A DNA stretch of 64,000 nucleotides from Rickettsiales bacterium (GCA_017620845.1 JAGAUJ010000003.1:46136-110135); one strand, 5' to 3'. Shown: positions 20,384 to 29,147, numbered from the stretch's first letter. Program-made: numbers and translations. Notes: a model not told the origin generated them from the letters alone.

Positions 20384-20873
20384 TCATTTAATAATTATAA
20401 TATAAATAAACTACCCCTGATACAAGTATAGGGGGTATTATTGGAATAAAATTTAATATACACCAATCCAACCACCACACAAACATAACTTAACATAAAA
20501 CTTTACTATTTTTTTAATATAACACTTTAAAAACCACCCATCCACCACACATAATCTAAAACAATACTTGTTAATAAATCTGTTAATAACTCTGTAAATA
20601 ACCTTGTTTATTAAATTGTTAATAAATATTTATTAACACATTTACAACAATTATTAACAATAAAAAAATATATTTATTAACATGTTAATAAATTATTAAA
20701 AGTTATTAACAAGTTGTTAATAACTTGTTTTTTTATATTAAATAACATCCTTTAATTGTTAATAATTTTGTTAAAAAATAATAATTAACATTTTAACAAA
20801 CTAAATATAAAATATAAAACCATATAAAATATTGATTTAATTTATTTTTTATTATTATTGACTTTTTAATAGA
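20384..20873. other. Candidate chromosomal replication origin (oriC) region
   Basis: 490-bp non-coding gap containing a dense motif array, two long palindromes and two CCACCACACA copies (20472-20481, 20542-20551). It coincides with the + strand C>G to G>C switch and with the gene-orientation switch. See findings. Confidence 0.45.
20570..20765. repeat. Array of 10 perfect GTTAATAA/TTATTAAC motifs, extended consensus (T/A)TGTTAATAA
   Basis: Forward copies start at 20570, 20582, 20618, 20684, 20716 and 20758. Reverse copies start at 20630, 20651, 20674 and 20703. There are also several 7/8 copies. The array includes a 22-bp palindrome (20672-20693) and a 27-bp palindrome (20700-20726). Confidence 0.95.
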
Positions 20874-20912
20874 TTGTGGTTTACTTATCATAGTTTACAC
20901 AACATCAATATT

Positions 20913-21437
20913 ATGAAAGAAAAAATAAAAATATTTTTAATAAATAGTTTTAAACAAATATCTAATTTTATACAAAATTTATATTTAAATATTTCACAAA
21001 AAATTAAAGTTTCATTTAAAAAATGTAAAGAAGGTGAGGAAAATTTAAATACTTTACTTATATATTGGTGTGTAATTCCATGTATATTATATTTATTTAT
21101 ATTAAAATTTACCAATTGTAAATTTATTTTAAATATAATTGATTTGTTTATGTTAATATTAACATTATTGGATTTATACTTTATTTCAAAAACCTTAAAA
21201 ATACATCCGGAATACAATACTGAACTAATGAGAGAATTAGAAAAACAAAATTACTATAAAACACTTGATGAAAAACAATTAAAAGAAGAAAAATTAAAAG
21301 AAAAGAAAGATAATACAAAAAAATTTTTCTATAAATTATTAGCATTAAAGAATAGTGAAAAAACAGATATCTATAAAATTGTTAAATGTTTTGTAATTTT
21401 AATATTATTAGTAGTATTAAAAAGAATTTTTTTATAA
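20913..21437 (+). CDS. Hypothetical membrane protein
   Basis: ATG at 20913 (the ORF track starts at 20874 with a non-ATG codon). It has two or three TM helices, a Lys/Glu-rich loop and no recognisable motif. It lies directly upstream of the pilB-like gene. Confidence 0.55.
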   Translation: MKEKIKIFLINSFKQISNFIQNLYLNISQKIKVSFKKCKEGEENLNTLLIYWCVIPCILYLFILKFTNCKFILNIIDLFMLILTLLDLYFISKTLKIHPEYNTELMRELEKQNYYKTLDEKQLKEEKLKEKKDNTKKFFYKLLALKNSEKTDIYKIVKCFVILILLVVLKRIFL

Positions 21438-21447
21438 GGAGTAATTA

Positions 21448-23334
21448 ATGAGCGAAGAAACAACTGCAACTGAAAATATTATAGATACACAAAAAGAAAA
21501 TATTGAAACAAAAAAAACACAAGAAAAGCAGGTTGAGAATAAAACTGAAGAAATTGTAGAAGATCAAAAAATTACAAAAAAAGAGAATATACAAGAAACA
21601 AAACAAGAAGATGGCACAAAAAAACAAAAAGTAAATATTATTGATGAATTAATAAAAAAACAAATAATATCAAAAGACCAAGTTGAAGTTGCTTTAAAAG
21701 AACAGAAAAACACAGGAAACAAAGAAGATATAGCAGCAATTTTGGTTAGAATGGGTTTTATTAGTGATAAAACACTTTCTGAAATATTAAATGCTAATAC
21801 TGACGTAAAAAATCTTGATTTAAAATCTTTAATTATAGATCAAAATCTTGTTAGAAAAATCCCAAAAGGATTTGCTTTACAAAATAAAGTTATAGCAGTT
21901 GGTTTGGTAAAACAAACTGTTACAGTTGCTGCAACAGATATATTTAATATTATTGTTTCAGATCAATTAAAAAGATTTTTCCCAGCAAATTATAAAATAC
22001 AATTAATTTATGCTTCTGAATCAGATATAACAAATGCTATTGATAGATATTATGATTATGATATGTCTATTGATGGTATTTTAAAAGAAATTGAGGGTGG
22101 TGCATTAGTTGGAGATGAACAACAAGCAATGCAGGGTGACTATAAAAGCCCTATGGTGCGACTTGTTGATGCTATTTTAACAGATGCTGTTAGAATAGGA
22201 GCATCAGATTTACATTTTGAGCCAGAAAATTTCTTTTTAAGATTAAGATATAGAATTGATGGTAAAATGGAGCAAATTAAGGCTTTTCATAAAGATTATT
22301 GGAGTTCTATTGCAGTAAGAATTAAGATTATGGCTGGTATGAATATTGCTGAAACAAGAAAGGCGCAAGATGGTAGAATTAATGCACAAATTTTAGGAAG
22401 AAATATTGATTTTAGGGTATCAAGTCAACCCACTGTTGATGGTGAAAATATAGTAATGAGAATTTTGGATGAAAAACAATCAATATTAGATTTAGATAAA
22501 TTAGGTTATTTTCCAAGAACGCAAAATATTATAAAAAAATGTATACAAAGACCAGAGGGAATAGTTATTATAACAGGTCCAACAGGAAGTGGTAAAACAA
22601 CAACACTTTATACTGTTTTAAGTATGATAAATAGTATTGAAAAAAATATAATGACTTTGGAAAATCCTGTGGAATATAGAATTCCTTTAATAAGACAAAC
22701 AAGTATAAATCCAGAAATTGGTGTAGATTTTGCAGATGGTATAAGAACTTTGATGCGACAAGACCCTGATGTAATATTGGTTGGTGAGATTAGGGACAGA
22801 GAAACAGCGATTGCGGCAGTTCAGGCTGCTATGACTGGTCACCAAGTATTTTCATCTTTGCATACAAATGATGCTTTTTCTGCTATTCCAAGACTTATGC
22901 AGATAGGTGTTGAACCTTATTTATTATCTGGTTCTTTAATATGTGTAATTGCACAAAGGTTAGCAAGAAAATTGTGTCCGCATTGTAGAAGAAAAAGACC
23001 AGTAACAGAACAAGAAAAGACAATAATAAGTAGAATTTTAGGAGAAAAAATTGCATCCAAAGTTACAGAGTTATATGAAGCGGTTGGGTGTGAGAAATGT
23101 AGAGGTAATGGATTTACTGGACGAATGGCAATAGTAGAAATTATAGATGTAGATAAAGAGTTGGATGAAATGATAGTTAGAAGAGCAACAAAAAAAGAAA
23201 TGACACAATATTTAAATAATAACGGTTTTATATCTATGCAAATAGATGGTGTTCAAAAGGTTGTAATGGGTTATACAACTATGGATGAGTTAATGAGAGT
23301 TGTTGATTTAACTTCTGTTTTGGATGTAAAATAA
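21448..23334 (+). CDS. pilB: Type II/IV secretion (type IV pilus assembly) ATPase, GspE/PilB family
   Basis: 628 aa with an AAGGAG RBS at 21436-21441 and a T2SSE_N/MshEN-like N-domain. It has Walker A GPTGSGKTTT (from about 22576), Walker B DPDVILVGEIRD, a His box and the tetracysteine motif CPHC...CEKC typical of PilB/GspE rather than PilT. Confidence 0.85.
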   Translation: MSEETTATENIIDTQKENIETKKTQEKQVENKTEEIVEDQKITKKENIQETKQEDGTKKQKVNIIDELIKKQIISKDQVEVALKEQKNTGNKEDIAAILVRMGFISDKTLSEILNANTDVKNLDLKSLIIDQNLVRKIPKGFALQNKVIAVGLVKQTVTVAATDIFNIIVSDQLKRFFPANYKIQLIYASESDITNAIDRYYDYDMSIDGILKEIEGGALVGDEQQAMQGDYKSPMVRLVDAILTDAVRIGASDLHFEPENFFLRLRYRIDGKMEQIKAFHKDYWSSIAVRIKIMAGMNIAETRKAQDGRINAQILGRNIDFRVSSQPTVDGENIVMRILDEKQSILDLDKLGYFPRTQNIIKKCIQRPEGIVIITGPTGSGKTTTLYTVLSMINSIEKNIMTLENPVEYRIPLIRQTSINPEIGVDFADGIRTLMRQDPDVILVGEIRDRETAIAAVQAAMTGHQVFSSLHTNDAFSAIPRLMQIGVEPYLLSGSLICVIAQRLARKLCPHCRRKRPVTEQEKTIISRILGEKIASKVTELYEAVGCEKCRGNGFTGRMAIVEIIDVDKELDEMIVRRATKKEMTQYLNNNGFISMQIDGVQKVVMGYTTMDELMRVVDLTSVLDVK

Positions 23335-23897
23335 TGTTTTTGTTGGTTGGTTTAGGTAATGTTGGTAAAGAGTATGAAAATACAAGACATAATGTTGGTT
23401 TTTTGTGTGTTGATAGAATTATGGAGCAATATGGGATTTTTAATCATCAAGTAAAATTTAAGGCAGATATATATTCTGGAAAAATAGATAATAATGATGT
23501 TTTAGTAATAAAACCGCAGACTTATATGAATAAATCTGGTATTGCTGTTTCTTTAGTAAAACAATTTTATAAAATACCTATTGAAAATATTTTTGTATTT
23601 CATGATGATTTGGATTTGGAGTTTTGTAAATTAAAATATAAAATAGGTGGTGGAGCAGGGGGGCATAATGGTTTAAAAAGTATAGATGAAATGATTGGTA
23701 AAAATTATCATAGAATAAGGGTTGGAATAGGGCGACCAGAGTTTAAAAATGATGTTGTTAATTATGTTTTGAATAAGTTTAAGGTTGATGAAATAGTAAG
23801 GTTAGAAAAGGTTTTGGGTGTGGTGAGTGATAATGTTGGTTTGTTGTTTGGGGATAAGAAGGATGGATTTATTAATTGTTGTTATTTAAAACTATAA
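23334..23897 (+). CDS. pth: Peptidyl-tRNA hydrolase
   Basis: 187 aa with motifs LVGLGNVGKEYENTRHNVGF, QTYMNKSG and HNGLKS. Confidence 0.92.
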   Translation: MFLLVGLGNVGKEYENTRHNVGFLCVDRIMEQYGIFNHQVKFKADIYSGKIDNNDVLVIKPQTYMNKSGIAVSLVKQFYKIPIENIFVFHDDLDLEFCKLKYKIGGGAGGHNGLKSIDEMIGKNYHRIRVGIGRPEFKNDVVNYVLNKFKVDEIVRLEKVLGVVSDNVGLLFGDKKDGFINCCYLKL

Positions 23898-23925
23898 TAA
23901 TTTATCGTGTTATTTAGGGAGGAAA

Positions 23926-24633
23926 ATGTATTTTAAAAGACTGTTTTGTAAGAAAACATATTATGATTATGTTATTTCTTTGGGATATAATTGCGAAGTT
24001 GTATTTAAATTTTTAAAGTATTTTAAATTTGAAGAATCTAATTTATTTAATTGGTGTTACATTAATTCAATTAATGATTTAATTAATGCGTTACAAAATT
24101 TTGATAAAATTGGATCTGGGCAGTGGCAAATGTGCGATCTTTTGTGGCAGTGTTTAAATAGCAATATAAAATTTCATGGTAAACTTCCTATGAGTATGTA
24201 TTTAGAAAATAATGTTAGTGAAGAAGAAATGAAAGATGATATAAATGAGTTAGTTTCAAGATTGAAGTATTTAAAAGAAAAGTTTTTAAAAATAGCACAG
24301 TCTGAAAATATGAAGCTTTTTATATATAAAATGAAGACTTGTGAGGTTGATGAATTATTTAATATTAAAATTTTAAATATAATAAAATCACTTGAATTAT
24401 TGGGAGTAAAAAACTTTAAGTTGATGGTTGTATTGGAAAAACAAAATATAAATAAAATTAATAATATTTCTACTGAGTATTTAGTGGAATTTGTGGATTA
24501 TTTTACACCTGATAATGATGTTACTGGAAAAAAATATTATAAAAATGGGTGGAGTAGGGTGTTTAATAAAATATCAGTGATTAACCAAAATAAGAAAATA
24601 AAAAAGAAAAAATATAAGTTTGATATAAAATAA
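23926..24633 (+). CDS. Hypothetical protein (DUF1796-like)
   Basis: 235 aa. The N-terminal YVISLGYNCEVVFKFLK...NLFNW resembles the start of the DUF1796 family (putative papain-like fold). This is a weak, memory-based match. Confidence 0.35.
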   Translation: MYFKRLFCKKTYYDYVISLGYNCEVVFKFLKYFKFEESNLFNWCYINSINDLINALQNFDKIGSGQWQMCDLLWQCLNSNIKFHGKLPMSMYLENNVSEEEMKDDINELVSRLKYLKEKFLKIAQSENMKLFIYKMKTCEVDELFNIKILNIIKSLELLGVKNFKLMVVLEKQNINKINNISTEYLVEFVDYFTPDNDVTGKKYYKNGWSRVFNKISVINQNKKIKKKKYKFDIK

Positions 24634-24652
24634 TTTAATTACTATTTATTTA

Positions 24653-24680
24653 TTGACATTTAAAGATTAATATTTAGAAT
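24653..24680 (+). promoter_or_regulatory. Sigma70-type promoter of tRNA-fMet
   Basis: TTGACA (24653-24658), 16 nt, TAGAAT (24675-24680). The -10 box ends 14 nt before the tRNA. Confidence 0.5.
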
Positions 24681-24693
24681 TAAAGTGTGTTAT

Positions 24694-24770
<77 letters not shown>

Positions 24771-24953
24771 ATATTTACAATTTCTATTTTGTTAATCTGT
24801 TTGTGTTGTATTCATGTGATGTTATTATTAGAATTGGTTTAATAATTAATTGTAGAAGTAATCCAAATTATAGTTCATTTTTTTAAATATATTATACTTC
24901 CATATACATAGGAATGAAGTAACTTTTATATAAGTTCACTACTATTTTTGTTT

Positions 24954-25922
24954 ATGGAAGAATTTGAATATACAAATAGATTAAAATTACCACTTTTAGT
25001 TCCAAATCAATCTGGCAAAGAGATTTTTCACAATGAGGCTCTTATAGTATTAGATAATTTAATACAAAATTGTGTTTTAGATAAAGATTTATCAATACCA
25101 CCGGAAAATCCAGATGTTGGAGATATTTATATTATTGCAATTAATGCCACTGGAGAGTGGTTAAATAATGATAATAATATTGCTATTTATGATAATGGTT
25201 GGAGATTTTTACAAGTAGAGGATGGTTTTACATTTTTTGTAAAGGATGAAAATTGTTTTTACACTTATGCAAGTAATCTTTGGCAAAAAACCAATAAATT
25301 AATTAATATTGAAGATTTAAAAAATATTGATTTTGTAGATTTAACGGAAAATGATGTTATTGTATATAATGGAGAAAGGTTTATAAATACACAAAATTTA
25401 AAATTAAAAACTATTGATTTTAACAATGCCAATAAGATAGAAACTGAAAATAGTAATTTAACTATAAAATATAACAATAATGAAGAGTGGCAAACTGCAT
25501 TGAGTATTGATAATACAACTGGTAGGGTAGATTTTAAAAATAGTATAAGTTTTAATGGAACAAGTTTTGAAGATTTAACAGGAAATAATATTACTATTAA
25601 TGATTTAAATATTAAATTAAATATAGATTTTGATAATATTAGTGATAATGGAAAAACAAATCTTCAAAATATTTGTGCTGTTAAACCAACAATACAGGAG
25701 GGTGTTGTTGGACAAATTGTTGATGTATGGATTAATAACGCATATGTTACAGCACCAGATGGTGGAACTTGGTTTTACTGTATAGTTCCTTGTAATAATG
25801 ATGGTATTTTGGTTATGTCTAAAGAAAGTGGAAGAGTTTTAAGTGGTGTGTGTGCTGGTGGAACGGTTGTATCTACTGCTGTGGTTAATTGGGCTGGTGG
25901 ATTTTTTTGGAGAATCGCTTAA
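24954..25922 (+). CDS. DUF2793 domain protein (phage/GTA tail-fibre-like)
   Basis: The N-terminus RLKLPLLVPNQSGKEIFHNEALIVLDNL...PPENPDVGDIYII...ATGEW...NGWRF follows the DUF2793 pattern seen in alphaproteobacterial prophage/GTA-type proteins. I take the start at ATG 24954 (a TTG is possible at 24948). Confidence 0.65.
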   Translation: MEEFEYTNRLKLPLLVPNQSGKEIFHNEALIVLDNLIQNCVLDKDLSIPPENPDVGDIYIIAINATGEWLNNDNNIAIYDNGWRFLQVEDGFTFFVKDENCFYTYASNLWQKTNKLINIEDLKNIDFVDLTENDVIVYNGERFINTQNLKLKTIDFNNANKIETENSNLTIKYNNNEEWQTALSIDNTTGRVDFKNSISFNGTSFEDLTGNNITINDLNIKLNIDFDNISDNGKTNLQNICAVKPTIQEGVVGQIVDVWINNAYVTAPDGGTWFYCIVPCNNDGILVMSKESGRVLSGVCAGGTVVSTAVVNWAGGFFWRIA

Positions 25923-25928
25923 TAAAAA

Positions 25929-26324
25929 ATGGAGTTAAAAATGTTAATACATAGAGAAAAGGACAATAGTTTTGTGATTGTGAAAAATGGTTATCCTTAT
26001 CATGTTGTTAGTGGTATGGAAGAATATGTGCAATTATGTGAAAAATATGAAATAAATAAGGATTTGTTTGAAGAAGAAAAGGAGGTTGTTGTAAGTTTTA
26101 ATGATTTAAAGCAACAAAAATTAGATATGTTAAAAAAAGATGTAGAAGATTATTTTTATAGTATTTATCCGCTTTATAAACAAAATAATATTGCTATATT
26201 TGGCACAGATGATGAAAAACTGAAATTTAAGGATTTTCATGATAAAATTGCTGATGAGTATGATAATATGGTGGAAAAAATAAATGCTTGTGTGAGTATT
26301 GATGAATTGAAAGATATATCATAG
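25929..26324 (+). CDS. Hypothetical protein
   Basis: 131-aa acidic ORF immediately downstream of the DUF2793 gene, with no recognisable motif. Confidence 0.5.
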   Translation: MELKMLIHREKDNSFVIVKNGYPYHVVSGMEEYVQLCEKYEINKDLFEEEKEVVVSFNDLKQQKLDMLKKDVEDYFYSIYPLYKQNNIAIFGTDDEKLKFKDFHDKIADEYDNMVEKINACVSIDELKDIS

Positions 26325-26436
26325 ATGTTTAAGATATTGTTTGTGTATTTTAAAGTGGTGTAGTAATTGTTTATATTGTGTCTTGGTAAATATTAAAGTT
26401 TCTTATGATAGTTTATCTGTAAGAAACTTAATATTA

Positions 26437-27351
26437 TTATAGCGCGCGTTCTTTTTTATCGTATTGTTTTTTGAATTTATTATATTTTTTTTCAAAAGAT
26501 TGTGAGTTTATTGATCTTATTGCTTTATCATAGGTTGATTCATTTTCTTTTTGATTATTATTTATTTCATCTTGTAAATTTTGCGATATATTTGTTTGTA
26601 TATTATGTGGTTGTTGGTCTGGTGGTAGTATTGATTTTGCATATGCAATTTTAATATCTTGTCTTACATCATTAATACTTTTGTCAAGTTTTATTAATTC
26701 TTTAATTACTAAATCGTTTATTTTTTTTATTTTTTTATTTATTTTATGTTGTTTAATTCTATGTTTTATACTATGTTTGTGTATGTGTTGTGATGATAAT
26801 TTTTGAAATAATGACATATTATCATCATTGTTGTGGTTTGTGTTTGTTGTGGTTTGTGTTTGTTGTTTGTTTTTTCTCTTAGAAAATAATTTTTTAAAAA
26901 ATGATTGTTTTTCTGGTTTTGTGTCTATTGTTGCAGTTGGTTGTTCGTTGTTATCTTGTTGGTTTTCAACGATTGTTGTTTGGATGTTTTGATTTTGTAT
27001 AGTATGTTTGTTTTGTTCTTTGATTTTTGTTTGTATTGTTTGTATATATTCTTGTATTTCTTGATTTTGTGTAATATTAATTGCACTATTACCATGTTCA
27101 TCTTCTAAAAAAACATCTGCTCCATATTCTACTAATAGTTTAACTTTTTCTATGTCGTTACTTTTGCATGCCCGAAATAATGGATAGCCTTGTGATGGGT
27201 CTGGGTGTTTTATATTTATTATTTGTTTTGTTGTTTCTATGTTTTGTTGTTTAAGAAAGTCTTTAAGTGTTTGGCTACTTTCTATGTTTATATTAAGGAT
27301 TATATCTGAATAAACATCTTGTTCTTCTTTTGTTAAATTATAAAAATCCAT
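26437..27351 (-). CDS. Ankyrin-repeat protein (candidate secreted effector)
   Basis: 304 aa. GYPLFRACKSNDIEKVKLLVEYGADVFLEDEHGNSAINI fits the ANK consensus (about 27050-27200). The rest is Gln/Asn/Thr/Lys-rich low complexity. Confidence 0.7.
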   Translation of the reverse strand: MDFYNLTKEEQDVYSDIILNINIESSQTLKDFLKQQNIETTKQIINIKHPDPSQGYPLFRACKSNDIEKVKLLVEYGADVFLEDEHGNSAINITQNQEIQEYIQTIQTKIKEQNKHTIQNQNIQTTIVENQQDNNEQPTATIDTKPEKQSFFKKLFSKRKNKQQTQTTTNTNHNNDDNMSLFQKLSSQHIHKHSIKHRIKQHKINKKIKKINDLVIKELIKLDKSINDVRQDIKIAYAKSILPPDQQPHNIQTNISQNLQDEINNNQKENESTYDKAIRSINSQSFEKKYNKFKKQYDKKERAL

Positions 27352-27466
27352 ATTATATTATGTATTTATATATATATATAAATAATATATATATGTATAA
27401 TATAAGTCAATATTGGTGTATTAAATTATATATATTAATAAAAAATCTATATGAATAGTTTAATTA

Positions 27467-27790
27467 TTATTTTTTTTCTCTTTGTTCTAATAAATATGTT
27501 TTTATTATCTCTAAATCAATATCGTTTAGCACAAAATTATTATTACTATTATTTTGTTCATTTTCTAAAACATTAAATTTTAGCAATAAATTACTTAATT
27601 TTGATATTATAGATACAACATTTTCTTTATTACCTATTAAGAATTTTAACAATTCTTTTTGTGATTCATCAAATTCTGTTTGTCCGTCTTTTATTAATGT
27701 TATGTTGTTTTCAAGTAAATTAATAATCATATTAATTATTTTTTTAATTTTTTGTAATTCTTCAATTGATTTGCTTTTTATTTGATACAT
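27467..27790 (-). CDS. Hypothetical protein
   Basis: 107-aa helical-looking ORF downstream of the 131-aa ORF on the same strand. Confidence 0.5.
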   Translation of the reverse strand: MYQIKSKSIEELQKIKKIINMIINLLENNITLIKDGQTEFDESQKELLKFLIGNKENVVSIISKLSNLLLKFNVLENEQNNSNNNFVLNDIDLEIIKTYLLEQREKK

Positions 27791-27799
27791 ATTTATTAT

Positions 27800-28195
27800 T
27801 TATATTATTTGTTCTAAGGTGATATTAAAATTCAAATTTGTATTCCAGATAGAATTAATTTCATTAAATATTTTTATTGTTAAATTATTAAAATTTATAT
27901 CAATTATATTAAAAGTATTTGATTTTGTATTTGATAGTTCTAGTAGCTTACTTTTTACAATGTTTGAAATATTTAATATATTTAAGTTGCTTTCATTTTT
28001 GTCAAATACTGACATTGTAAGCGATATAGAATAAATATTATTATTAAAATTATTTTCAATTTCAATTTTATTTATATTTAATATAACATATGGAAATGGA
28101 CTATTTGTTTCTGGACAAGAATAAATATTTATATTTTCTTTTATGTTTTGTAATTTTTCAAAAATTATTTTTTGTAAGTTGTTTATAATATTCAT
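27800..28195 (-). CDS. Hypothetical protein, DUF3168-like (phage/GTA tail-completion-type)
   Basis: 131 aa. The pattern IY..P......PYVIL...(hydrophobic beta strands)...V...L resembles DUF3168 proteins. This is a low-confidence, memory-based match. Confidence 0.35.
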   Translation of the reverse strand: MNIINNLQKIIFEKLQNIKENINIYSCPETNSPFPYVILNINKIEIENNFNNNIYSISLTMSVFDKNESNLNILNISNIVKSKLLELSNTKSNTFNIIDINFNNLTIKIFNEINSIWNTNLNFNITLEQII

Positions 28196-28366
28196 AATAT
28201 TTAAAAATTTTGTGTTTTTTTAAAATTAGTTTGTTTTTTATTTGTGTGGCAGTATTATATTTATTTTTGAAATTATACATATTTATATTAATATGGTCAT
28301 TATAAAAAATTAATATTAAACTTGCAATTAATAAAATTTTCTTTAGTATTTCAGTAAGTGGTTTAA

Positions 28367-28382
28367 TGTTTCACGTGGAACA
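28367..28382. promoter_or_regulatory. parS centromere site
   Basis: TGTTTCACGTGGAACA; its reverse complement TGTTCCACGTGAAACA is the canonical 16-bp parS. It ends 1 nt before the parA ATG. Confidence 0.85.
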
Positions 28383-29147
28383 ATGAAAATATTATCAGTA
28401 GTAAATCAAAAGGGTGGAGTTGGTAAAACAACAACAGCATTAAACGTATCTGCTGCATTGGCTGTATTGGATTATAAGGTTTTAGTAGTAGATTTTGACC
28501 CACAAGGAAATTTAAGTTCTGGTTTTGGTATTGGTTTGTCTGATAGACAAGATAAAACTGTTTACAATGTTTTATTAGATGAGAGTGGTAGTATAAATGA
28601 TATAATTTTTAAAACAAAAATTAATAATTTAGATGTGTTAACGGCCGATACAAATTTGTCTGCTTTTGAAATTGAAGTATTTAATAAAGATAATAGAGAA
28701 TTTATTTTAAGTAATTTATTAGATAGAATATCAAATAAATATGATTACGTAATAATTGACTGTCCGCCATCACTTGGTTTTTTAACAATAAATTCACTTG
28801 CTTGTTCTAATTATGTTTTGATACCTCTACAATGTGAATTTTTTGCTTTGGAGGGTTTAAGTCATTTATTAGAAACGCTTGAAAGGGTTAAAGTAAACTT
28901 AAATCCAAAACTTACTATTAATGGTGTGCTATTAACTATGTATGATAGAAGAAATAAGCTTACTGAACAGGTTGAAAATGATGTTAGAGGATGTTTGGGG
29001 GATTTGGTTTACAAGACAGTAATTCCAAGAAATGTTAAATTAACAGAGTCTACGTCTTTTGGTATTCCAACAATTATATATGATCAAAATTGTTCTGGTT
29101 CTATTGCTTATATTAATTTTGTAAAAGAAATGGTAAAAAGATTATGA
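28383..29147 (+). CDS. parA: Chromosome partitioning ATPase ParA (Soj)
   Basis: 254 aa with the deviant Walker A NQKGGVGKTTT and IIDCPPSLG. Confidence 0.93.
   Translation: MKILSVVNQKGGVGKTTTALNVSAALAVLDYKVLVVDFDPQGNLSSGFGIGLSDRQDKTVYNVLLDESGSINDIIFKTKINNLDVLTADTNLSAFEIEVFNKDNREFILSNLLDRISNKYDYVIIDCPPSLGFLTINSLACSNYVLIPLQCEFFALEGLSHLLETLERVKVNLNPKLTINGVLLTMYDRRNKLTEQVENDVRGCLGDLVYKTVIPRNVKLTESTSFGIPTIIYDQNCSGSIAYINFVKEMVKRL

Noticed and set aside
20414-20434. The CCCCT...AGGGG hairpin after rluD, considered as a terminator.
   Set aside because: It has only a 5-bp stem with an 11-nt loop and no following T-run. It is too weak to annotate and may simply be part of the origin-proximal region.
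20570-20765. Whether the repeated GTTAATAA array could be a CRISPR array or a miniature transposable element.
   Set aside because: The units are only 8-10 bp, occur in both orientations and have irregular 2-35 bp spacing. There are no 25-40 bp repeats or unique spacers, no cas genes and no terminal inverted repeats with target duplication. A protein-binding site array fits better.
21445-21627. A 60-aa minus-strand ORF overlapping the start of the pilB-like gene.
   Set aside because: It is a Phe/Cys/Leu-rich translation of the antisense of a Lys/Glu-rich coding segment, so it is an artefact.
27361-27400. A (TA)n-rich simple sequence upstream of the ankyrin gene, considered as a stand-alone phase-variation tract.
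   Set aside because: It is short and interrupted, and it is expected by chance at this base composition. It is mentioned only as context in the ankyrin finding.
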